Shown piece by piece: positions 20,680 through 29,680 of a DNA stretch of 64,000 nucleotides; position 1 is the stretch's first letter; each line of letters starts with the position of its first letter. Below the pieces are notes generated by a model, which was given only the letters and a program-made list of their open reading frames with translations, searched no databases and was not told the DNA's origin. The stretch covers positions 1,956 through 65,955 of the forward strand of contig JAWCMT010000003.1 of the NCBI GenBank assembly GCA_038849555.1, in the 5' to 3' direction. The position numbers were made by a program, and so were the translations under genes. The DNA is from Candidatus Bathyarchaeia archaeon. GTDB taxonomy: Archaea > Thermoproteota > Bathyarchaeia > Bathyarchaeales > Bathycorpusculaceae.

Positions 20680-20818
20680 GCAAGCTTCAAAGTTACTAAA
20701 CCTTAATTTAATTAGAGTTTAAAAAATTTTATATTATTAAAACAACAACCATAGCCAGTATAAAAGCAAAAAGATAGGACAGTTCAAAAAGTTGTCCTTA
20801 ACATTGTAAAGTGATCCA

Positions 20819-22120
20819 ATGAGAATAGAAGATATAGAATTAAACAAGAAAAATACGCAAGAAAGTGACCCTGATGGTTTTCTTTACCCGCAATATGGGC
20901 AGAACTGTATTTCAGATGTGCCAAACGCAATATTAGACTTGTTTCAGGTTAGAACACAAAAAGGCAACTCGCAACTTGAAGAACACATTAGAAAAAGCGG
21001 ATACGAAAGAATCAAGAACGTCGTGCTCATAATTCTGGACGGATTCGGATTTAACCAATTCTCACGCTACCATCAAAAGTACCGTTTTTTTGCCAAAATT
21101 GCTGATGAAGGCAGGGTTTTTCCAATAACAAGCGTTTTCCCTTCACAAACAACAAACGCGTTAACAACACTAAACACGGGCTTATCTCCTCAAGAGCACT
21201 CCGTATTTGAATACTTCATCTATCTTAAAGAGGCGGGAATGGTGGTGGATACATTATGGTTTGAACACATGGATGCTAACTATCGAATTAAGCTTTTAGA
21301 TAAAGGATTCCAGCCGAAAATACTGTTTGATGGGAAAACAATTCACGAGACTCTAAGAGAAAACGGAATTACTACATACGCGCATATTCCAGCCTCCAGC
21401 GCTTACAGCGTTTGCTCAAACTTGATTTTTAAAGGAAGCAAAGTGGAGCCAGCAGTGAAAATTTCAGACACAATCGTTGGATTAAGAAAAAACTTGGAAA
21501 AAAGTTATGACCCAGCCTACTTTTTTGTGCATTTGGATACACTGGACACAATTGCGCATGTATATGGCCCGCATAGCTATGAATACGAAGCAGAATTATC
21601 TGTAATCGCTTACCTGCTGAATAAAGAGCTAATAGAAAAGGTTAGTCCGAGAGTTGCGAAAGAGACGCTGATTTTGGTTACTGCCGATCATGGCAGTGTA
21701 GATGTTGATCCGAAAGAGACTATCTACCTAAACCATATACCTAAATTAATGGAGAATTTGCAATGCGGCGGAAACGGAGAACGTATTTTACCTACAGGTA
21801 GCCCTCGGGACATTTTCCTTCATGTGAGAGAGGAAAAACTTACAGAAACACGCGAGGTGCTGTCCAGAAAATTGGCGGAAAAAGCGCAGGTGATTGAAAC
21901 TAAAGAGGCAATTAAGCACGGTTTGTTTGGAATTGGAGATGCAAGTGAGAAATTTCTTGAAAGAGCAGGCAACTTGTTGCTTCTTCCATATGGAAACGAG
22001 ACTATATGGATTGAATGTTCTGAGGGAAGGAGAGCTAATTTTTTGGGTTATCATGGTGGTTTAAGCGAAGAGGAAATGCTTGTTCCATTTGGAATAGCAA
22101 AATTAGGAAGTTTAAAATAA
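20819..22120 (+). CDS. Alkaline-phosphatase-superfamily protein (type I phosphodiesterase / nucleotide pyrophosphatase-like)
   Basis: 433 aa with metal-site motifs ILDGFGFNQ, FPSQTT and TADHGS. Confidence 0.65.
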   Translation: MRIEDIELNKKNTQESDPDGFLYPQYGQNCISDVPNAILDLFQVRTQKGNSQLEEHIRKSGYERIKNVVLIILDGFGFNQFSRYHQKYRFFAKIADEGRVFPITSVFPSQTTNALTTLNTGLSPQEHSVFEYFIYLKEAGMVVDTLWFEHMDANYRIKLLDKGFQPKILFDGKTIHETLRENGITTYAHIPASSAYSVCSNLIFKGSKVEPAVKISDTIVGLRKNLEKSYDPAYFFVHLDTLDTIAHVYGPHSYEYEAELSVIAYLLNKELIEKVSPRVAKETLILVTADHGSVDVDPKETIYLNHIPKLMENLQCGGNGERILPTGSPRDIFLHVREEKLTETREVLSRKLAEKAQVIETKEAIKHGLFGIGDASEKFLERAGNLLLLPYGNETIWIECSEGRRANFLGYHGGLSEEEMLVPFGIAKLGSLK

Positions 22121-22212
22121 AACGCCATAACGCACCCATAAACAATAAAGACTACCATAAATACAAAATTCTCCAGAACCTTTTTTAGCCTAAACAACCA
22201 AAACATAAAATC

Positions 22213-22644
22213 ATGTCATCAACTAAGCGCATGACAATAGAGTGGCATGGAAACTACCGCTTAGAAGCGAAAAACGAAAAAGGCATAAAAGTGAAATTCG
22301 ACGCGCCAAAACAATACGGCGGCGAAGAAACCGCGCTCTCACCCATGGAAAACGTCCTTGCAAGCCTCGCCGCATGCAGCAGCTTCCATGTCCTAACAAT
22401 CCTCCGCAAAAAGAGACAAAAAGTAACAGGCTACGCGGTTGAGGCAACGGCGGAAAGAAGAGAAGACCCACCACCAAGAATTTTCACACGAATCCACCTA
22501 AAATACATAGTAAAAGGCGAAAACATTAGCCCGCAAGCAGTGGAAGCAGCCATCAAGCTCTCAGAGGAAAAATACTGCTCAGTAGGCGGCATGCTGAAAA
22601 AGGCAGTGGAAATCACCTCATCATACGAAATCACGAACAATTAG
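22213..22644 (+). CDS. OsmC/Ohr-family peroxiredoxin-like protein
   Basis: 143 aa. It has the P.E.LLASLAACS and EKYCSV pair of Cys motifs typical of OsmC. Confidence 0.8.
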   Translation: MSSTKRMTIEWHGNYRLEAKNEKGIKVKFDAPKQYGGEETALSPMENVLASLAACSSFHVLTILRKKRQKVTGYAVEATAERREDPPPRIFTRIHLKYIVKGENISPQAVEAAIKLSEEKYCSVGGMLKKAVEITSSYEITNN

Positions 22645-22683
22645 CACTACCCGAAAGGCTACCATCAACAAAAGTTCTTACCG

Positions 22684-22929
22684 CTAAACTTTACTCGCAA
22701 ACCGAAGCGCTTTCTCAGCAACAGAAACACAAAAAAGCAAGTCATCAATTGTAGCAAGAAACGTAGCAAAACTCCCCTCAGCTTTAACCTCCGTTAACAC
22801 CAACCTGCCCTTCAGCACAGTCTTAACAAATAAGCCGCTGGGCACCTTAAAATTATCCGGAGAAACCGCTCTAGCCACAGCATCAGCAGTTCGCTCATCA
22901 CTATACTCGAGCGTTATCTGCGCTTCCAA
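22684..22929 (-). CDS. KEOPS subunit Pcc1-like protein
   Basis: 81 aa. The pattern ..A..VARAVSPDN... and TIDDLL.C..VAEK is typical of archaeal Pcc1. Its start overlaps the upstream DHH gene by 29 nt. Confidence 0.55.
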   Translation of the reverse strand: MEAQITLEYSDERTADAVARAVSPDNFKVPSGLFVKTVLKGRLVLTEVKAEGSFATFLATIDDLLFCVSVAEKALRFASKV

Positions 22930-24376
22930 TATCTTCGCCTCTTAACTGCCGCCCCACAAGCTCATTAACAGCGTTTATAAAGTTCTCCACTTGGTCTATG
23001 GGCACTTGAGCGCCTGCAGCCACATTGTGGCCCCCGCCTTTGCCACCGTATTTCTCAGAAGCCGCGCGCATGACATCGCCGAGGTTGACGCCTTTGCTGA
23101 GCGCCATCTCGGTTGTTCTAGCCGAAAACTTGGCGGCATTCTCCTTCTCAATATTTGCAAAGGCAAGCAGCGGTTTTTCAGGGTTTTCAAGGCTGGAAAC
23201 CAGTATAGAAGAGATTGTGCCAATCATCTTCTCGTTTATGAATGACTCGCCATAGATAACGTATATGTGCTCGAACTCTCGCAGTCTATCAGGCTTCTCC
23301 ATCACCCAGCCAAGATAAGTAGTAATATTCTTCTTGTAGCCCTCCAAAACCGAGTTGGCTTCTTCGAGCGCTGCGCCCCTGTCACCCATGCAAATGGCTA
23401 TGCCAAGGCTTGGCCTGTCCATGCGACCCGTAGAGTTCAGCATCAAGGCGAATTCACGAGCGTCCCTAAGCGGAGTCCACGGCTCCTCACGATTTAAAAC
23501 ATAAACATTCCCTATTAGATTTGCGACTTCCGCGTGCAAGCCCCTTGAAATCAAGTAGTCTGCAAGCGCCGAGCAAAGCCGCTTCTTCTCGTCTTCTGTG
23601 AGATCTCGAAGCGCCCGCCACCGTTCGCCCTCTTTAGGTTTAATGTCTAAACTTGCCAGAAAAGCCAAGCATTTGTCTTCTTCTCCGCTTAAACCTGGAA
23701 TGAACGGGCTGGTCGAGGAAGCAAGCGCCTTATGAATTGGCCTGGTTTCTCTGCCGAAAAAAGTCAAGTCCTTCTCCACGGTAACCAACTTAGCGTTAAC
23801 TGCATCTTCAACTATTAACTGATTCAAACCGCAGAGCTTTCGCTCCTCATTCTTATCCTGCAAGTCACCGAGAGCACCAACAAGCGCGATAGGCGCCAAA
23901 TCCATATTCTCCGCGTTGACGGCCTTAGCAACGAAGTAGGCGACGCCGGAGCCGCTAACTTCCGTCGCGCCATCCAAGCCATGCAAATGCGGATTGACTT
24001 GAACAAAATTTCCATTATCAGTAGCCTCGCCGGCAACTTGGTGATGATCAAGAATTAGCACTTTAAAATCAGCAGCCTTCTCGCTTAGCAGATCAAGGTA
24101 GCCGCTTCCGAAATCTGTCAGAATCAACAGCTGCGGCTTGTCTGCGGCGATTACATTTACGATTTTCTCGTCAACCCACTGGGTTACTCTAACTCTGAAG
24201 CGCGCGTCAAGCCGATGCAGGGTCTTCCCCATTATGCCCGCAGCCGCCACACCATCCGCATCCAAATGTGAGAAGACATGGATGAAACCGTCTTTCTCCA
24301 CAGTTTCCAGAATAACTTTTGCTGCTTGAGCAGCGGCGGCTAAAAAACCTTCAACTGGTGACTGCGTATTAGCCAT
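22901..24376 (-). CDS. DHH/DHHA1 phosphoesterase, archaeal RecJ/GAN (Cdc45-like) family
   Basis: 491 aa with motifs HLDADGVAA, ILTDFGSG, LDHH and GGGH. It ends in TAG. Confidence 0.8.
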   Translation of the reverse strand: MANTQSPVEGFLAAAAQAAKVILETVEKDGFIHVFSHLDADGVAAAGIMGKTLHRLDARFRVRVTQWVDEKIVNVIAADKPQLLILTDFGSGYLDLLSEKAADFKVLILDHHQVAGEATDNGNFVQVNPHLHGLDGATEVSGSGVAYFVAKAVNAENMDLAPIALVGALGDLQDKNEERKLCGLNQLIVEDAVNAKLVTVEKDLTFFGRETRPIHKALASSTSPFIPGLSGEEDKCLAFLASLDIKPKEGERWRALRDLTEDEKKRLCSALADYLISRGLHAEVANLIGNVYVLNREEPWTPLRDAREFALMLNSTGRMDRPSLGIAICMGDRGAALEEANSVLEGYKKNITTYLGWVMEKPDRLREFEHIYVIYGESFINEKMIGTISSILVSSLENPEKPLLAFANIEKENAAKFSARTTEMALSKGVNLGDVMRAASEKYGGKGGGHNVAAGAQVPIDQVENFINAVNELVGRQLRGEDIGSADNARV

Positions 24377-24462
24377 GTGAAATCACTCTTTGCCTAAAGG
24401 CACTTTGGAATTTAAAGCTGACGTTACATCCAGCACGAAAAATGAAAAGAGGAAAAAGCGCT

Positions 24463-24903
24463 TTAGGCTATTGTGGCTACTTTAGCCTCGTACTTCCATT
24501 TAGCCGGTAGAATGCCTTGCCGCTTATAATACCTAGAAAGTTTGTGAATACGTGCTTCAATATTCTGCAGCGCACGCTTATTATGCAAATCCTTCTTATT
24601 GTTCTCCAAATGCACTGCAAGATTCTGCGCCTTCTTTATCAAATTGGCCAGATCTTCCGGCAACGGCGGCGCCAAACCTGCGCCTTCAAGTATTTCAGTT
24701 ATGCTTTTTCCAACGATAGGCTTCACTAATGGAACTGCATACTGATCTCTAAGAATCGTGCCTATCCGACTGGGCGGATATCCATCCTTTGCAAGCTTTA
24801 TGACAAAGGCTTCAACTTCCTCCGGCTGATATTTGCACCAGCTTGGAGGTCGCTTGCTAACAGGCCTTGTTGAATGAGATTTACCCTTTTCTTGTTTAGG
24901 CAT
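24463..24903 (-). CDS. rps15: 30S ribosomal protein uS15 (S13e/S15P)
   Basis: 146 aa. The segments PSWCKY.PEEVE..V.KLAK.G..PS.IG..LRD and LENNKKD.H.KR.L...E..I..L..YY are diagnostic. Confidence 0.9.
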   Translation of the reverse strand: MPKQEKGKSHSTRPVSKRPPSWCKYQPEEVEAFVIKLAKDGYPPSRIGTILRDQYAVPLVKPIVGKSITEILEGAGLAPPLPEDLANLIKKAQNLAVHLENNKKDLHNKRALQNIEARIHKLSRYYKRQGILPAKWKYEAKVATIA

Positions 24904-25048
24904 TTATACACCTTAAGCATTAAGACCCACGGAACACGAATATTTAAAATTTCTTATGCAAGAAGCCTGTATCGCTTATATCTAGCCCATACGTAGGGCA
25001 TATTAGCTTTCAAACTCCCAACCTATTGCTTAAGCATCAGAAGTCGCT

Positions 25049-25873
25049 ATGTTTCGGCTATTTTATATACTCAAGAGAAGCAATAGCCTAATGGAGATTT
25101 TGATGACAACCTTGAGTTCTGCATTTTTGAAGTGGGCAAACATCTTGGCGTTTCTGTTAACGCTTATAGTAAACAGCTTAGCCGGAAGCACAACTATTAT
25201 CGGCGGCAAAAACACAGCACAAATTTCTGATGCCAATCCAACGCTCATAACTCCCGCAGGCTACGTCTTCTCCATATGGGGCATCATCTACATCCTGCTC
25301 GGCGTCTTTGTGATCTTTCAAGCTTTGCCCAGCGAGAAAGGAAAGGACTACCAAAAAAGGATTGGCTGGCTTTTTATCCTAAGCAGCCTATTGAACGTTG
25401 CTTGGCTGTTCCTTTGGCAATTCGAACAGCTTATCCCATCCATTGTTCTTATGTTCCTGCTGCTTGCAACTCTGATCATGGTTTATTCTCGCCTCAATGT
25501 AGGCAAGTCTGCGGCTTCATTGCGTGAACGACTGGCGGTTCATCTCCCATTTAGCGTTTATCTAGGCTGGATCACCATCGCTTCCATTGCAAATGTTGCC
25601 GTCACATTGGTTTCGGTAAACTGGGATGGCTTCGAAATAAACCCGGAAACATGGGCTACTTTAATCATGATCACTGCATTGGTGATAACGCTACTTGTCA
25701 TAGTCACAAGAAAAGACATAGCATATGGATTGGTAATTATTTGGGCGCTAGTAGGTATTGCGGCAAAGCAAAGCGAAAATCCCAATGTTGCTATGACAGC
25801 TGAAATCAGCGCAATAATTGTTGCTGTAGCTATAGTTGCTTTAATCCTAATTGCCATACTCAAACGGCGATAA
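25049..25873 (+). CDS. Polytopic membrane protein, TspO/MBR-related (tryptophan-rich sensory protein-like)
   Basis: It has about 7 TM helices and the motif NSLAG....GG.NT..ISD..PTLITPAGYVFSIWGIIY. The start may be the ATG at 25091. Confidence 0.4.
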   Translation: MFRLFYILKRSNSLMEILMTTLSSAFLKWANILAFLLTLIVNSLAGSTTIIGGKNTAQISDANPTLITPAGYVFSIWGIIYILLGVFVIFQALPSEKGKDYQKRIGWLFILSSLLNVAWLFLWQFEQLIPSIVLMFLLLATLIMVYSRLNVGKSAASLRERLAVHLPFSVYLGWITIASIANVAVTLVSVNWDGFEINPETWATLIMITALVITLLVIVTRKDIAYGLVIIWALVGIAAKQSENPNVAMTAEISAIIVAVAIVALILIAILKRR

Positions 25874-26022
25874 AGCAGCATTTCACTTCAACAAGAGCTG
25901 GCACTTATTAAGCTACTTTAGGCTATAAGCGCCATGAGGAAAGACAGCATTAACATTTACAATAATTAAAAACCATTGAGTTTAGGAATAGGTTTTTATC
26001 AATTATCAAATCTATTTAAGTT

Positions 26023-26925
26023 ATGCTTGAAAGGGAAGAGAGAGTGCGGTTTGCCGCATTCTTGAATGTCGCCTTCACCGTAATAGAGGTTATCGGAGGC
26101 TTCTGGACTAACAGCTTAGCCATATTCTCCGACGCGCTACACGACTTCGGTGATAGCGCCACCCTGCTTATCTCATGGCTTTTCGAGCGGAAAGCCAAAA
26201 AGTCGCCAAACACTAAATACACTTTTGGCTATCAGAGGCTATCGTTATTTTCCGCGCTCTTTGCTGCATCCATCCTAATCGGCGGCTCGATTGTGATAAT
26301 ACTCCAAGCCATCCCTCGCTTCCTCAACCCTGAGCCAGTAAACTCTTTCGGCATGATAAGCATAGCTTTTATCGGAATCGCATTTAATGGTGCAGGCTTC
26401 TTTCTGCTTAAAAGAGGGGGAAGCCTAAACGAGAAAGTCCTGTCTTGGCATCTGCTAGAAGATGTGTTAGGCTGGGTGGGCATTTTGCTCGGCGGCGTAA
26501 TCATCTACTTCTGGAAATTTTATTTAATCGACCCGATATTAACCGTTGGCTTAACTGCCTTCATTTTATATGGCGTAACTGAAAACCTGCGGGAAGCAGT
26601 TAACATACTCCTTCAAGGTGTTCCAAAACACATAAACATTGATGCAGTGAAAAAGGACATTGAATCAATCAAGGGCGTGCTTGAGCTACATGATGTGCAC
26701 ATTTGGTCGCTGGAAGGGGAAACAGACGTTTTCAGCGCACACGTAGTATTAGATGACGAAACTCTTCGAAAGGCGCCAGAGCAAACCCGCCAAGCCATCA
26801 AAGATGCGCTTCAGCGCCATCACATCGAACACTCTACCATCGAATTGGAGAGCCAATATCAATGTGTCGGCGTAGTATGTGAAGAGCAACATGAAAAATC
26901 GAAGAATCAGAAAAAGAGTCACTGA
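26023..26925 (+). CDS. Cation diffusion facilitator (CDF) family metal efflux transporter
   Basis: 300 aa with the motif SDALHDFGDS, six TMs, and a C-terminal cytoplasmic domain containing HDVHIW and HSTIELE. Confidence 0.85.
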   Translation: MLEREERVRFAAFLNVAFTVIEVIGGFWTNSLAIFSDALHDFGDSATLLISWLFERKAKKSPNTKYTFGYQRLSLFSALFAASILIGGSIVIILQAIPRFLNPEPVNSFGMISIAFIGIAFNGAGFFLLKRGGSLNEKVLSWHLLEDVLGWVGILLGGVIIYFWKFYLIDPILTVGLTAFILYGVTENLREAVNILLQGVPKHINIDAVKKDIESIKGVLELHDVHIWSLEGETDVFSAHVVLDDETLRKAPEQTRQAIKDALQRHHIEHSTIELESQYQCVGVVCEEQHEKSKNQKKSH

Positions 26926-27509
26926 AGCTTTTTGTACCATTCGGCGAAATTGCGGATCGCACGTGCCCTGTGCGAGAAACCATTTTTCTCTTCAAGCGTC
27001 ATTTCCGCAAAAGTCTTAGCGCTTCCCATCGGCTGGAAGATAGGGTCAAACCCGAAACCTGATTTACCGTTGCCCACGCGAACTTCACGTGTTATGTTTC
27101 CATCGACTTTGCCCTCAAAAACCAAAGGCGCCGATGCTTCATTATCGCAGTATGCTATGGCTGACTGAAACATGGCTTTCCTGTTTTCCACGTTTTCCAT
27201 AAGCTTCAGCAGCCCCTCATTACCTATAGTTTGGTAAACATAAGCGGCGTAGGGCCCTGGAAATCCCCTTAGCGCCTCTACGAAAAGTCCCGCGTCTTCT
27301 ACTATAAGGGGCAGGTGGCAATGTTTGAAGGCATCCTGTGCGCTTGTTTGAGCTATTTCATTAAGGCTATTACTTTGGATCTCCAGAGCCTTAACTCGAA
27401 GCATTCCCACTGATATATTATATTCAGCTAATATGCTTCGGACTTCGTTGAATTTGTTAATGTTGTTCGTGGCGAAGAAAATAACTTTACCTTTTAACTT
27501 GAACGCCAT
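26919..27509 (-). CDS. Non-canonical purine NTP pyrophosphatase (RdgB/HAM1, dITP/XTPase)
   Basis: It shows FATNNINKF, EDAGLFV..L.G.PG.Y and FGFDPIF motifs. The ATG at 27509 is preceded by GGGAGG and lies one nt after the bud32 stop. Confidence 0.85.
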   Translation of the reverse strand: MAFKLKGKVIFFATNNINKFNEVRSILAEYNISVGMLRVKALEIQSNSLNEIAQTSAQDAFKHCHLPLIVEDAGLFVEALRGFPGPYAAYVYQTIGNEGLLKLMENVENRKAMFQSAIAYCDNEASAPLVFEGKVDGNITREVRVGNGKSGFGFDPIFQPMGSAKTFAEMTLEEKNGFSHRARAIRNFAEWYKKLQ

Positions 27510-27510
27510 T

Positions 27511-28176
27511 CTATTGTTCCTCCCTTCTTTCGGCAACATACCGTCCGCGCTTTTCTATCTCCGCGATTTTCTCTATGACTTCGCCGGCTTCTTCCTCTCC
27601 TAAAACCGCAGAATAGCCTCTAAGCACAGCTTCGAAGCATTCTTGGGCAAACTGATAATGCGTACTCTGCAAAGCACGCTTCATTAAATGCAAGTCTACA
27701 CCTCTTGCTTCAATCTCAGCGCTTTTCTCACCTAATCCGAAATCAACCAGAAAAATTTTGCCCTTAACATTCACAAGCATATTAGATGTTGTCAAGTCTC
27801 CGTGAATCACACAGTGCTTGTGCAGTTTCCCAATTAACTCGCCGATTTTAACACACAACTCTTGGCGTTCCTTCTTTGGCAGGGTTCCTAAAAGCTGCTT
27901 TACTGGCGCGCCCTCGATAAACTCCATTATTATTGTAGCGTTTTTTGGGTTCACCAGAAAAATCGTCGGAGTCGGCACGCCCGCCTTTTTTGCTTCATGC
28001 ATAAGTAGTGGCTCACGTGTGGTTCGTTGACTACGAATTTTTTCATCCAACTCTACAGGGCGATATTTCTTAGGAAAACGAATCTTGATTATCACTTTCT
28101 TGCCGTGCCAATCTGCAAGGTAGAGGCTTGCTTCAGCGCCCTTCTTAAGCAGGATCCGCGAGGCTACTTCACCCAT
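27511..28176 (-). CDS. bud32: KEOPS kinase/ATPase Bud32
   Basis: 221 aa, a small RIO-like kinase with GAEA..Y, HGDLTTSNM and VDFGLG motifs. It overlaps kae1 by 13 nt and ends in TAG. Confidence 0.8.
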   Translation of the reverse strand: MGEVASRILLKKGAEASLYLADWHGKKVIIKIRFPKKYRPVELDEKIRSQRTTREPLLMHEAKKAGVPTPTIFLVNPKNATIIMEFIEGAPVKQLLGTLPKKERQELCVKIGELIGKLHKHCVIHGDLTTSNMLVNVKGKIFLVDFGLGEKSAEIEARGVDLHLMKRALQSTHYQFAQECFEAVLRGYSAVLGEEEAGEVIEKIAEIEKRGRYVAERREEQ

Positions 28177-29180
28177 GGAACATCCACCTTATCCAGCCGC
28201 CACCGCAGCTTGACGTAACTTTCTTCCACGGGAGTAACTGCGCCGTGCGTATAGGCTAACACGCCAGTCCAAGCTATCATAGCACCGTTATCCGTTGCAA
28301 ACTCAAGCGGCACCACATGAAACCGTGCACCATGCTCCTGTGCAATGACGCTGAGCATAGATTGCAAGCGCTTGTTAGCAGCTACGCCGCCTGTCAACAG
28401 CACCTCGCGCTTCTCAGTATGCGCTAATGCACGTTCGGTAACCTCGGTAACCATGGAAAACGCATGCTCCTGCAGACTATAGCAGAGGTCCTCCAGCCTG
28501 CACTCGCCCCTGCGAAGCAGCGCTGTTGCAGCTGTAAGCAAGCCGCTTAACGAGAGATCCATGCCCTTAACAACATAAGGCAGAGAAATTAGCTTTTCAC
28601 CATTGGCAGCCAACTTCTCCAGTGCAGCGCCAAGCGGAATGCCCTTCTTATGCTTGAGGCCTGCTTCTCTTGCGAAAACGTCAAGACAGTTGCCGAGGGC
28701 AATGTCCAAGGTTTCGCCGAAAACCCGATAGCGCCCAGAATCGAACGCGGAAACAATTGTGTTGCCGCCTGAAACATAAAGTGTCACAGGATCCGCTACG
28801 CCAGTCGTGAGCTTGCCAATTTCGATGTGAGCTATCGAATGGTTTACGCCTACAAGGGGGAGATTAAGATAAGCCGCCAACGCTCTGGCGACCGTGGCTC
28901 CTGTGCGTAGGCAGGGACCTAAACCGGGGCCTTGAGAAAACGCTATTAGCCTTAGGTCTTTTGGTTTTATTCTTGCTTTTGATAATGCTTCACGGAGCAC
29001 TGTGTCTGCTATTTCGGCATGGTGCCTCGCAGCTTCCCGCGGGTGAATTCCGCCCTCTTCGGGTACGTAATCGCTTGAGGCATTAGCTAATATTTTGCCA
29101 TTGAAAGTGACTATGCCAACTCCGAAGTCGTCCGCTGTGGATTCTATTCCTAAACAGTAAGCTTCATCTGAATCGCTCAT
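28164..29180 (-). CDS. kae1: tRNA N6-adenosine threonylcarbamoyltransferase Kae1
   Basis: 338 aa with motifs LGIESTADDFG, GIHPREAARHH, SQGPGLGPCLR, VNHSIAHIE and SGGNT. Confidence 0.9.
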   Translation of the reverse strand: MSDSDEAYCLGIESTADDFGVGIVTFNGKILANASSDYVPEEGGIHPREAARHHAEIADTVLREALSKARIKPKDLRLIAFSQGPGLGPCLRTGATVARALAAYLNLPLVGVNHSIAHIEIGKLTTGVADPVTLYVSGGNTIVSAFDSGRYRVFGETLDIALGNCLDVFAREAGLKHKKGIPLGAALEKLAANGEKLISLPYVVKGMDLSLSGLLTAATALLRRGECRLEDLCYSLQEHAFSMVTEVTERALAHTEKREVLLTGGVAANKRLQSMLSVIAQEHGARFHVVPLEFATDNGAMIAWTGVLAYTHGAVTPVEESYVKLRWRLDKVDVPWVK

Positions 29181-29275
29181 TTTGCAGATCCTTCATTCAG
29201 TTTTCGGGTTGGCCGGGTACATATTTTTATCTGGAAGCACCGCATATATCTAGTGGATGATGGGACTGATAAACA

Positions 29276-29680
29276 ATGCCGAAACGTAATGATCTGGAAC
29301 AGAAAGCGCTACATTTCGTAATGAATACAGGGTCAACGGGCGTGCTTCAATCTGATTTGTGGCGAGAATTGGGCGCAAGCAGCAGGGAAGGTTCTCGAAT
29401 AGCGATTAAGCTGGAAGAGAAGGGGCTCATTAGAAGAGAAAAGGAACTGCAAGGTGGAAGGTGGACCTATAGGCTTTTCCCCAAACGCGTGCCAACCTCT
29501 ATAGATTCAATAGTTGACTGCCCGTGTCTGCTATGCCAAGATAACGCTAGATGCGATCCGACGACTGCAATTTCGCCTACAAACTGCGCGAAACTTACCG
29601 AGTGGATCTTGTCCTTGGAAAAAGAGAACCCATCCCCCTTAGGTGACAACACGCTTGCCCAAGGCTTGGATCCAAGATAG
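29276..29680 (+). CDS. Winged-helix protein with a C-terminal Cys cluster, candidate TFE-beta (RPC34/hRPC39-like)
   Basis: 134 aa. An N-terminal wHTH (GVLQSDLWRELGASSREGSRIAIKLEEKGLIRRE) is followed by DCPCLLCQDNARC..ISPTNCAKLTEW. That second segment resembles the C-x-C-x2-C...I-x-P-x2-C...W Fe-S module of RPC34/TFE-beta. Confidence 0.5.
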   Translation: MPKRNDLEQKALHFVMNTGSTGVLQSDLWRELGASSREGSRIAIKLEEKGLIRREKELQGGRWTYRLFPKRVPTSIDSIVDCPCLLCQDNARCDPTTAISPTNCAKLTEWILSLEKENPSPLGDNTLAQGLDPR

